In this document: positions 1-7,293 of the stretch, in pieces
Position numbering within the stretch: position 1 is the first letter of the stretch
Layout of the letters: each line of letters opens with the position of its first letter
Virus record (IMG/VR): IMGVR_UViG_3300006149_000003
DNA from: a virus
Lineage: Duplodnaviria > Heunggongvirae > Uroviricota > Caudoviricetes
DNA length: 13,353 nt
Direction: 5' to 3' (one strand)
Notes under the pieces: generated by a model
The model's database searches: none
Seen by the model: only the letters and a program-made list of their open reading frames with translations
Told to the model about the DNA's origin: nothing
Program-made: the position numbers and the translations under genes

Positions 1-85
1 GGTTTCTGTTGTATTGTCAAGATAGTTTCTAAAATTCTTATAAGATTCAAAACTGAGCATACCTGCCATCAACTCCGCAAAAACT

Positions 86-466
86 TTATTTTATTCCATG
101 CCCATTGGCAAGAGCTGACTCTGCCATTTCTTTGCTGATAAAGAAGCAGTCTCCGATTGCGTCACCAACAAACTCATCAAAGTTTCCAGTTTCTTTGAAG
201 TCTACCGAGAAGCTGTCAATGCGGCCATCTTTGAACTGAATGGAAAAGACTTCTCTTTCCTCAATCTCTCCAGATTCAAAGTCCACATACCATATTGCGT
301 CGCCTTTTCTAATAGCCTTGGAGCAGTTTTCAAGGTTAGCTCTTTCTCTTAGCAGCGTCATAGCCATTTGCAATGCTTCTGTAATCAGAACTGCATGAGG
401 ATACTCATTCTTATAATGAATTTGGATGTGTTCTTCAATCCTGTTTGCTGCTTCTCTATAGGTCAC
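86..466 (-). CDS. Hypothetical protein (126 aa)
   Basis: GTG start with a GGTGGTGA SD 4 nt upstream, TAA stop at 86-88, co-oriented with neighbours. No family recognised. Confidence 0.75.
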   Translation of the reverse strand: MTYREAANRIEEHIQIHYKNEYPHAVLITEALQMAMTLLRERANLENCSKAIRKGDAIWYVDFESGEIEEREVFSIQFKDGRIDSFSVDFKETGNFDEFVGDAIGDCFFISKEMAESALANGHGIK

Positions 467-481
467 AAAATCACCACCAAA

Positions 482-1030
482 CTAATCTTTTATGTTACTC
501 TTTCTGGTGCTTTTGAATATGAAAATGTAGAAGATATTATCAATCGCATTTCCAAAAGTCGCAATACACAGTATGACTCCAAAGTTCAAATTCAACGACA
601 TTGCAATAAGAGAGCCAATGATTGTTGCAATGGCAGACGCTGAATTGTTGTTGTTGTCGAAGTGCTCTCTTAATTCCTCTGTCTTATACCGAATCGCTCG
701 GAGTTTTACACCACCACAACATATATTTCTTGTAACAATCGCAAAAATCAGAGTATCAATTACGTAGTAGGCGGCGATATTTTGTGCGCATATAGCAAAA
801 ACCGTACTACAGATACCGAGCAAAGTTTCTAATACACATAACGCAGGATAATACTTGAAGAGCTTGTTTGACCACTTATTCCACACGCTCCCAAAGAATA
901 CAATGCTAAGGCAGTTGATTATCTGATTTACCGCAATAAGCGAGTCAGAAGCAACCATCATGATTTGCTTGTGAATGTACGGATATGTGGCTGAGTAGAA
1001 CAGGGTTGTCAAAAATGTAGCCGCCAACAT
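482..1030 (-). CDS. Membrane protein, about 6 TM, half-size MFS-like
   Basis: Six hydrophobic segments. The stretch EELREHFDNNNNSASAIATIIGSLIA resembles the MFS loop4-TM5 pattern. The start is uncertain: the ORF is open to a TTG at 1069, but ATG at 1030 has an AGGAG SD. Confidence 0.6.
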   Translation of the reverse strand: MLAATFLTTLFYSATYPYIHKQIMMVASDSLIAVNQIINCLSIVFFGSVWNKWSNKLFKYYPALCVLETLLGICSTVFAICAQNIAAYYVIDTLIFAIVTRNICCGGVKLRAIRYKTEELREHFDNNNNSASAIATIIGSLIAMSLNLNFGVILCIATFGNAIDNIFYIFIFKSTRKSNIKD

Positions 1031-1086
1031 ACCGTCAATTCTCCTGATTTTCGTTTGTATCACCACCAAATTATTCTTTTACAACC

Positions 1087-1305
1087 TCAATCGTAGTCAT
1101 CGTCAAAAGTGCAACAAACAACCCGCTCCATTCCGCAACGACGACAGCGGGCGATATCCCAGTCTCCGCCATCACAATAAATAATGAAGCTGAAATCATG
1201 ATTGCACTGAGTTGGCTTGTTGGGATATGCTGGCAAAGGAGGATATTTCAAACGCCCTTGCTTCAGTGCGGCTTCATACTCCAGCTTGCTATCCATTATC
1301 GACAT
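1087..1305 (-). CDS. Small Cys/His-rich protein, putative zinc-binding (72 aa)
   Basis: GGAGGT SD followed by ATG at 1305. Contains CNHD...C...CRRC...CC and an acidic C-terminus (TFDDDYD). Confidence 0.75.
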   Translation of the reverse strand: MSIMDSKLEYEAALKQGRLKYPPLPAYPNKPTQCNHDFSFIIYCDGGDWDIARCRRCGMERVVCCTFDDDYD

Positions 1306-1325
1306 CTATAAATACCTCCACCAAA

Positions 1326-1700
1326 TTAACCTTTCATATACTCTGATACCATTTTTCGGACAATAACCTCTGCTGTGTTTTCGTTGTGCTCCGCATCCCG
1401 CCATTTCTTACCTTCTATGATAGCCAGAGCTTCTGCCCAACTCAGACCGCCCCTCTTTGCTAACTGGTTAAGAGATTGCATATGATTTTCCCATGCCTGC
1501 CCCTCATGAATCATAAGTAGTCCGCAAGGAATATACTGTTGCGGTCTACTTCCAAGAATGGGATATGGGGCATACCGTTCATCATCCTTGGTCATGTCAA
1601 TTTGGTTAATCAAATCCTCCAAATCAACATCGCTGATAGCCGGAGTCCGATTCTTTTGCGGAACATCCCTGACCGCTTTGAGAAATTCAATAACTTTCAT
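1326..1700 (-). CDS. Hypothetical phage-type protein (about 124 aa)
   Basis: Start reassigned to ATG at 1700 (MKVIEF), which has an AGGAAGG SD and follows the stop of the upstream small ORF at 1705. The C-terminal HxQSLxxLAxRGGL stretch resembles phage hypotheticals. Confidence 0.75.
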   Translation of the reverse strand: MKVIEFLKAVRDVPQKNRTPAISDVDLEDLINQIDMTKDDERYAPYPILGSRPQQYIPCGLLMIHEGQAWENHMQSLNQLAKRGGLSWAEALAIIEGKKWRDAEHNENTAEVIVRKMVSEYMKG

Positions 1701-1704
1701 AAAA

Positions 1705-1872
1705 TCAACCTTCCGATGTACTCCAGCAATCGGAGTAGTCCGCACATTCTTTTATATCTTCGTCAAAGCCATCACAGGCACCACCAAGAAATAAATTACA
1801 ATCATAACAGGTTCTCTCCCTCCGCTCAATCGACGGAGGATTCCGCTCCATATGCTTGTTGTTATCATTCAT
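1705..1872 (-). CDS. Small Cys-rich protein (55 aa), not in the supplied ORF track
   Basis: Translated by hand: MNDNNKHMERNPPSIERRERTCYDCNLFLGGACDGFDEDIKECADYSDCWSTSEG*. GAGGG SD 7 nt before the ATG. It fills the gap between the flanking genes, and its TGA lies 4 nt before the next ATG. Confidence 0.7.
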   Translation of the reverse strand: MNDNNKHMERNPPSIERRERTCYDCNLFLGGACDGFDEDIKECADYSDCWSTSEG

Positions 1873-1887
1873 AATGAAACCCTCATT

Positions 1888-2280
1888 TCATACAGTCTTT
1901 CTTTGAAGTAAAAATTCATAATAGGCGTTGGTGCTTTCCGGCTTCTGATCAGCTTCGATAAACTCAGAGATAATCTTGTCTTCTATCTCACCATCAAATA
2001 TATCTGAGTCATGCCATGGAAGTGATTTGTAATAGTCAAGCAGCCATGCCATATCCAGCTTTTCACTGGTCATTTTCAGAGCTTCCATCCATCCAGTTGT
2101 ACCACCAATATAGGATATACCATAAACCCCAGACTCGTCTTTGTCGAAAATCATACGTCCAAAAACGCTGCATAGTTCTCCAGCGAGTGCGCTATAAAAA
2201 TGCTGTGGTATCTTGCTCTTTATTTCATCGGGGATCTGGTACTCAACATGAACATCATTTCCATTATCAACGATGGACAT
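1888..2280 (-). CDS. Hypothetical acidic protein (130 aa)
   Basis: ATG directly abuts the stop of the HNH gene, with a GGAGGT SD inside the end of that gene. Confidence 0.8.
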   Translation of the reverse strand: MSIVDNGNDVHVEYQIPDEIKSKIPQHFYSALAGELCSVFGRMIFDKDESGVYGISYIGGTTGWMEALKMTSEKLDMAWLLDYYKSLPWHDSDIFDGEIEDKIISEFIEADQKPESTNAYYEFLLQRKTV

Positions 2281-2799
2281 TTATACACCTCCGTTCTGTT
2301 GCATCAACGTAACATATAATTCCCACTGTGGAGCAAACTTCCCAAATAGGCGCACCTCAGTTTCAAGGCGGGCCAGAATTGCGTCATCCCTGTTTTGAAA
2401 ACGGCCAATAAATATCCGTTTGTGGTCACACATGATTGTTGCTACCCAACGCTCCCGTCTTTTGTCAAAGGTAACACCAGTCACGCCAGAGGTGTTGGTA
2501 GAGTACCGGCCTCGATTCCTATTGTTTTGGGAGCAGTTGCAGCACCGCAGATTTTGCTTTCTGTTGTTTGCCCGATTTTTGTCTTTGTGGTCTACCCATT
2601 GACCAGGCTTGGCGTGAGCAACCACCCTGTGAAACCTGACAATCCGTAGTTGCCCCAGATAGTAGTAGCTGCTTGTAAGGTATCCGTCTTTATCCGCATA
2701 CCAGTTGCGACTTTGGATTAGCACAAGGTCTTCCAAATCGAAATAGAAAACCGCTGTGCCTATATGCAAAACGCCGTATGTGTCGAACAGCTCTACCAT
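2281..2799 (-). CDS. HNH endonuclease with C-terminal AP2-like DNA-binding domain (free-standing homing-endonuclease type)
   Basis: FHRVV...VDHKDKNRANNRKQNLR is an HNH_3-type motif. It is followed by SGVTGV...RWVATI...IGRF, the AP2 pattern. GAGGG SD. Confidence 0.85.
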   Translation of the reverse strand: MVELFDTYGVLHIGTAVFYFDLEDLVLIQSRNWYADKDGYLTSSYYYLGQLRIVRFHRVVAHAKPGQWVDHKDKNRANNRKQNLRCCNCSQNNRNRGRYSTNTSGVTGVTFDKRRERWVATIMCDHKRIFIGRFQNRDDAILARLETEVRLFGKFAPQWELYVTLMQQNGGV

Positions 2800-2801
2800 C
2801 T

Positions 2802-3053
2802 TTATACCCTCTGTTCAGTGTGATCTGGTGGATTGGGGAGAGGCATCCAGTGCGTCACCCGCTTGGTCACTTTCTGTGTTGAGCGCATGGAAGTGAAGAT
2901 GTACCACTCTTTGCGCTTTGCTCTGGGATAGCGTTCATTCATCGGATCTTTACGGTAATACCCGATGAAGATGTACCCGTCTATTGGAGTATAGCCTAAA
3001 ACGACTTGATTGTCGATGGGTAGACGATCTTTTACGGAAATCCACTCGCTCAT
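2802..3053 (-). CDS. DUF551-family phage protein
   Basis: Characteristic ends: MSEWISVKDRLP at the N-terminus and VTHWMPLPNPP at the C-terminus. Confidence 0.85.
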   Translation of the reverse strand: MSEWISVKDRLPIDNQVVLGYTPIDGYIFIGYYRKDPMNERYPRAKRKEWYIFTSMRSTQKVTKRVTHWMPLPNPPDHTEQRV

Positions 3054-3059
3054 TGATTG

Positions 3060-3908
3060 TCACCAATCCAATCTTACTTTCAATCCAGCTGCTGTCACTG
3101 CGTTCAATAGGAGCATAGCACGTGTCATTGGGCCGACACCACCAGGAACGGGTGTATATGCGGAGCTTCTTTCGTAAGCCTCTGGATTACAGTCTCCGCA
3201 TAATTTTCCGTCTTTGTCACGGTTCATGCCAACATCAATGATGGTTGTGTTTGGCTTTATAAACTCCGGCTTAATGAGGTTTTTTCTTCCGGTAGCAGAT
3301 ATCAAAATGTCAGCTGATTTACAGATACCGCCAAGGTTTCTTGTATGCGAATGACAGATTGTAGTTGTGGCGTTATTCCAAAGTGCTATCGTAGCCATAG
3401 GTTTGCCAACAATGTCAGAACGACCCACTATAACGCAGTGTCTTCCTACGATTGGAATCTTGTAAAACCTCATCAGTTCAATAATGCCTCCAGGAGTGCA
3501 GGGAACGAATCGGAACTTGCCGTCTAACATTGCCATGGTATTAGCCTTGGTGAATCCATCAACATCCTTTTCTGGTTTGATTGCGGAGATAACGTGATCC
3601 TTGTTGATGTGCTTAGGAAGCGGGAGCTGAACCAAGATACCATGTACGCTGTCGTCATTAGACAACGAGCGGATTAGTTCAACCAGCTTTTCCTCGCTTG
3701 TGTCTTCAGGGAGCACATAGGTCACACTGTCGATACCGCACTGCTCACAGTCTTTTGCTTTGTTTCGGACATAAATTTTGGACGCTGGATCATGCCCGAC
3801 CAAAACAACAGCAAGTCGCGGCTGTGTGCCAGACTCAGCAATCGCCTCTCTGACTTTGTGCTTGATAGCGGACGCGGCATGGTTGCCGTCTAAAATGAGT
3901 GACATCAC
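3060..3908 (-). CDS. folD: Bifunctional 5,10-methylene-THF dehydrogenase / methenyl-THF cyclohydrolase
   Basis: Motifs YVRNK, HGILVQLPLP, KDVDGF, PCTP, GRSDIVGKP, IDVG and TPVPGGVGPMT are all present. GGAGGT SD. Start is GTG 3908 or ATG 3905. Confidence 0.95.
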   Translation of the reverse strand: MMSLILDGNHAASAIKHKVREAIAESGTQPRLAVVLVGHDPASKIYVRNKAKDCEQCGIDSVTYVLPEDTSEEKLVELIRSLSNDDSVHGILVQLPLPKHINKDHVISAIKPEKDVDGFTKANTMAMLDGKFRFVPCTPGGIIELMRFYKIPIVGRHCVIVGRSDIVGKPMATIALWNNATTTICHSHTRNLGGICKSADILISATGRKNLIKPEFIKPNTTIIDVGMNRDKDGKLCGDCNPEAYERSSAYTPVPGGVGPMTRAMLLLNAVTAAGLKVRLDW

Positions 3909-4480
3909 ATTACCTCCTTGTCAGAAGCCTTTTTACATAGTGGCTTAATATAGTCTATAAAGATTTGAACGATTTTCTTTGCGTTTGCGGTAAAATCCAT
4001 ACAAATACAACCCCACAAGTCGCCGTCATCGCAATCCTCCATAGGTGTGCCTCTAAACGTATTTCGCAAGGCGAAAATTACCTCTGGTGGTATGCTTTCC
4101 TCACAACAACTTTTAACCACACTTAGATCAATGGTTGGCTCATCATATTCATTCAGCTCTGAAGGATCGACGCCATAGTCACTTATGAGTTGCTTAACCG
4201 CTTTGAATGTCTCACCAGTGTTTAAGATTTTTTGCGTTGCGATTTTGTCAAGCAAGTACCCACTGTCTATTCGTGCTATGAGGTGCATGAAGCTCTCACT
4301 ATGAGGAGTAGGAACCCATCCATAAGCGTAGTTTCCACAGTCCGAAGTAATAGACAACTCATAACGATCAAGGTCGAAGTTAAAGATTGCCCAAAGGCAG
4401 GAGCCATAGTCTGGATCTCCTTTTTCTTGTTGGAAGTAAAGAGAGACTATGTTGGGCGTTCTGTTCTCTACTTTAGCCAT
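3905..4480 (-). CDS. Hypothetical protein (about 191 aa)
   Basis: Start reassigned to ATG at 4480 (MAKVEN), with an AGAAGGGA SD and overlap with the end of the upstream gene. The track's longer N-terminus is a shadow of 4473..4772. The TGA overlaps the folD start. Confidence 0.75.
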   Translation of the reverse strand: MAKVENRTPNIVSLYFQQEKGDPDYGSCLWAIFNFDLDRYELSITSDCGNYAYGWVPTPHSESFMHLIARIDSGYLLDKIATQKILNTGETFKAVKQLISDYGVDPSELNEYDEPTIDLSVVKSCCEESIPPEVIFALRNTFRGTPMEDCDDGDLWGCICMDFTANAKKIVQIFIDYIKPLCKKASDKEVM

Positions 4481-4772
4481 CCTGTGTTCCCTTCTTTGTC
4501 TTGGCATATCCAGTACCGTGGCAAACTGGGCAGGTGTTCCAGTCCTTTGGATCGTCGGGGTCGGGACGGTCATCTTCCGCACAGGCGCGACTGCGAAGGA
4601 CTTTCCCTGTTCCTTCGCACCGTTCACAAGCGGTGTTGGCCTTTTTGAGAGCGGCCAAGCTGTCATTGTATGGTTTTATCTTTTCCTCAAACTCCACTGT
4701 GAGCCGGTGGATCTGAGCTTCAACTTCGCGGATCGCGGGCACAAGATTTAGAGTTTCAGGTGCTTTTGCCAT
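4473..4772 (-). CDS. Small protein with a predicted N-terminal coiled coil and a DnaJ-type CxxCxGxG zinc finger
   Basis: CERCEGTG and CPVCHGTG repeats flank an acidic loop. AGGAGG SD. Confidence 0.8.
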   Translation of the reverse strand: MAKAPETLNLVPAIREVEAQIHRLTVEFEEKIKPYNDSLAALKKANTACERCEGTGKVLRSRACAEDDRPDPDDPKDWNTCPVCHGTGYAKTKKGTQDG

Positions 4773-5070
4773 CGGTAGTATCCTCCTGTTCGTGGTGTGT
4801 AAAATTTACTGCTGGAATGAGGTGGAAGAACTCAGTATGGCTTCCTACATCGAAAATGGTCTTGCCATCAGAGTTCCAAACGCGGGTATAGTAGATTTTG
4901 AAGTTGCGTTCGGAACAGAAAGCGTTAATGAGTTTCCCAGCTTCGCTCATAATCTCTTGGTCGGTTTTGAGTCGGCCTGTATCGTGTAGGTCTTTGATAA
5001 AGGCAATCTTTTTCTTATTGCCACGGTTGCCTACAAAAATAAGAATGTGATTTTTCTCCACGTGCATCAC
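4756..5070 (-). CDS. Hypothetical phage-type protein (about 100 aa)
   Basis: Co-oriented ORF with a C-terminal FDVGSHTEFF stretch. SD spacing (AAGGTG) favours the GTG at 5061 as the start. Confidence 0.75.
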   Translation of the reverse strand: MMHVEKNHILIFVGNRGNKKKIAFIKDLHDTGRLKTDQEIMSEAGKLINAFCSERNFKIYYTRVWNSDGKTIFDVGSHTEFFHLIPAVNFTHHEQEDTTDGKST

Positions 5071-5072
5071 CT

Positions 5073-5087
5073 TGATTTTGTTTGTTA
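5073..5087 (-). repeat. Junction motif copy: TAACAAACAAAATCA
   Basis: 14 of 15 match to the consensus. Lies directly between the Dam stop codon and the next SD. Confidence 0.8.
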
Positions 5088-5515
5088 TTAACGAAAGATA
5101 ACTACCATGCTGGGGAAAGGTGCGGAATTTTTACCATCTCCAAATTTCAACCGGCCACGGATAAAGCGGATTTCCACATTGGGTTTCAAATAGATATAGT
5201 CGTGAAAATATGCCGTATCTGTTCTGGCAGGTATCAGCAGCACCACAGTGGTATTAGGCTGCTTGGCTTCCTCGAAGCATTTCTTCACCCAGTCTTTGAT
5301 AGCCTTGCCATACGGCGGGTTGCAGAAGACTGTCTGCCCCCCCACGACTGTTTCAGTCCATCGTCCGTCTCTGTAAAGTAGTGGGCGCATTTGTGGTTGG
5401 ACTGATTGGCGCAGGGGTCAAGGGTGAAGTGAAACTCCGAATCCAGCTGGTTAAAGAAATCTTGTGGCGTCGCCCAGTCCATAGCTTTGGACGAGAACAT
5501 AACCTCTGTATTCAT
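5088..5515 (-). pseudogene. Phage N6-adenine DNA methyltransferase (phage Dam family), frameshifted at a G7 run (phase-variable, recoded, or a sequencing error)
   Basis: The 5' half (MNTEVMFSSK..WATPQDFF..FTLDPCA..DGLKQSWG) and the 3' half (QTVFCNPPYG..VVLLIPARTDT..IRFIRGRLKFG..APFPS) are in different frames. Adding one G to the 7-C run at 5337-5343 (+ strand) gives a continuous 142-aa ORF. Confidence 0.88.
5337..5343 (-). repeat. G7 homopolymer at the methyltransferase frameshift
   Basis: Coding strand reads TCG T GGGGGGG CAG ACA GTC TTC TGC AAC CCG CCG TAT. Confidence 0.9.
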
Positions 5516-5530
5516 TTGCTTCACCTCTTG

Positions 5531-5546
5531 TGATTTTTTTGTTTTA
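5531..5546 (-). repeat. Degenerate junction motif copy: TAAAACAAAAAAATCA
   Basis: Same position class (ATPase stop, then motif, then SD of the Dam gene), but more degenerate and A-rich. Confidence 0.45.
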
Positions 5547-6458
5547 AGGCTTTTCTTCTAACACAATCTGCTCGACAATGAAATCCGTACATTTGGAGAT
5601 AACCTCGAATACGGGAACTCCGTTTTCAGCAAGATCCAGAGCTTCAAAGTTGTCATCACACCACGATTGCAGAGTATTGCTGTCCATTTCGTATCCGGCG
5701 TATCGAAAGAATTTGTCAGTGAGGGACACAACCTCTTGGCGTGTGAATGGCATTACCCGATAGCTGATGGGGAAGCGACGAACAAGGGCGGGATCAAGCC
5801 TGTCGTATCTGTTTGTAGTGCCGATAATGATGACATTATTGGGTAGAGAATCCATCTCTTGCATAAGTGCGATGGTTACGCGACTCATTTCCGAAACATC
5901 GTGCGAGTCTCCTCGTTTTAATCCAATGGCGTCAATCTCATCAAAGCAAAGGAGGCAGGGAGAGATCTTTGCATATGAGAATACTTTGTTTATGTTGGAT
6001 TGTGTGCCGCCGAGAAGAGAATTGATCAAGCTGGAAAATCGCACATAAACAAACGGCAGATCAGCTTTGTGTGCGATATATCGAGCAAGCTCAGTCTTAC
6101 CTGTACCGCTTTGCCCATAAAGGATTGCTGCCGGCAGATAGGAAATACCAAGCTCCATAAGACGGTTAGACGCTCTGTAGGTGGCGAGGATTTTGTCTGC
6201 AATAGCCTCCTCGCCACTACGTAGGAGAAACTTTCCCATAGGATAGTCCGTGACATCTTCTGCCACCAATAGATCTTTGAGATTGTATGGCAGTTCAATG
6301 AAACTTGTCTTAGCTTCGAGCTTGCGAAGTAACTCTGCCTTGAAACGCTGATCCCGCTGTGCAGTAATATTATTCAAGATAAGTTTGGCATACGCATGGG
6401 CTTTTTTAGGATCATTGTCAACTACGGCACGGAGGAGCATTCGTTCGTTGTCATTCAT
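5544..6458 (-). CDS. AAA+ ATPase (classical AAA clade, IetA-like)
   Basis: Walker A GQSGTGKT, Walker B LLCFDEID, and second region of homology TTNRYDRLDPALVRRF with the arginine finger. Confidence 0.9.
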   Translation of the reverse strand: MNDNERMLLRAVVDNDPKKAHAYAKLILNNITAQRDQRFKAELLRKLEAKTSFIELPYNLKDLLVAEDVTDYPMGKFLLRSGEEAIADKILATYRASNRLMELGISYLPAAILYGQSGTGKTELARYIAHKADLPFVYVRFSSLINSLLGGTQSNINKVFSYAKISPCLLCFDEIDAIGLKRGDSHDVSEMSRVTIALMQEMDSLPNNVIIIGTTNRYDRLDPALVRRFPISYRVMPFTRQEVVSLTDKFFRYAGYEMDSNTLQSWCDDNFEALDLAENGVPVFEVISKCTDFIVEQIVLEEKP

Positions 6459-6474
6459 TTGCTTTCACCCACCC

Positions 6475-7290
6475 CTATACAAAAATGGTTTCGTTTGTGA
6501 CCTGGTTGTTATCGGTGATTTTCACTGTCATGCTGTCAGTGACCGCCATCCGAAGTTTGGTGAGAGAACCATTGAACGGAAGAAATGACGAACAATAGCA
6601 GTCACATACGATATCATCTCCATCAAAATGGAACAAGTTGCCTTGTAAATCCTTATACTCTGCTTTGCGATTGCAAGTGGATAGCTTTGCATAGCGTCCA
6701 GTCCAGTTAGGTGGCGTGATATTGTAGTCCGGATACATTGTGGTAAACGCCTCAAACAGCTCAGGGCACAACTGAGAGAGCTGATGCAAAAACATAGGGA
6801 CTGTTTTCGCCTGATAATCAGTGATTTCTCCACCCATGAGTGCATGAGGTCGATAATCGCAAATACGTTTGATATTCTCGGGTGTCAATACCTCTTGCGG
6901 TACAAAAAGACGGTTGCCACCAAAACCAGGATCATGACACATCAGCCGCTCTCCCTGTAACTCAATATTGATATAAGGTGGAGTAAGAAATACACCGTTA
7001 CCAATACGAGTGATATAGGTGTTGGATGGGTAAGATAATTTGTGATAATGCTCATCCGCCTTGGCCTCTCTATAAAGACGGTGGTACATTTTTGACTGTT
7101 TTGTACCTCCATCAACATGGTTGATACGCCCAAATTCGCATCGTAATCCGAACAAGGTTGTTACACGAAAACATCTCCCTTCTTTATAGGCCGAGCACTC
7201 TTCGGCATGATCACAATAGATGTACTCAGCTCGGAGACGTGCCTTACGGCTACCATCTCCATATAGTCCTACGTTAATCAGCTTTTCCAT
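6475..7290 (-). CDS. Hypothetical protein with a Cys-rich N-terminus (271 aa)
   Basis: GAGGGAG SD and ATG at 7290. Four Cys within residues 26-51. No family recognised. Confidence 0.8.
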   Translation of the reverse strand: MEKLINVGLYGDGSRKARLRAEYIYCDHAEECSAYKEGRCFRVTTLFGLRCEFGRINHVDGGTKQSKMYHRLYREAKADEHYHKLSYPSNTYITRIGNGVFLTPPYINIELQGERLMCHDPGFGGNRLFVPQEVLTPENIKRICDYRPHALMGGEITDYQAKTVPMFLHQLSQLCPELFEAFTTMYPDYNITPPNWTGRYAKLSTCNRKAEYKDLQGNLFHFDGDDIVCDCYCSSFLPFNGSLTKLRMAVTDSMTVKITDNNQVTNETIFV

Positions 7291-7293
7291 TAT

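Noticed and set aside
15-45. Minus-strand TTGACA at 15-20 and a 10-bp palindrome TCTTATAAGA at 36-45
   Set aside because: The matching -10 would lie outside the window, and a 10-bp AT-rich palindrome is expected by chance. Neither can be supported.
1-69. Possible 5' end of another minus-strand gene (MAGMLSFESYKNFRNYLDNTTET...)
   Set aside because: Only about 23 codons are visible, SD spacing is poor, and the same DNA contains a TTGACA that may instead be a promoter.
645-657. Short AAC triplet run encoding NNNN in the membrane protein
   Set aside because: Too short, and in-frame, to suggest a contingency locus.
5167-5175. CGGATTTCC, a 9-bp match to the promoter inverted-repeat arm
   Set aside because: It is short, inside a coding region and has no partner arm, so it is consistent with chance.
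5088-5390. Independent 100-aa ORF starting at ATG 5390
   Set aside because: Its first 18 or so residues are an out-of-frame reading of the methylase 5' half with no SD. It is better explained as the 3' half of the frameshifted gene.
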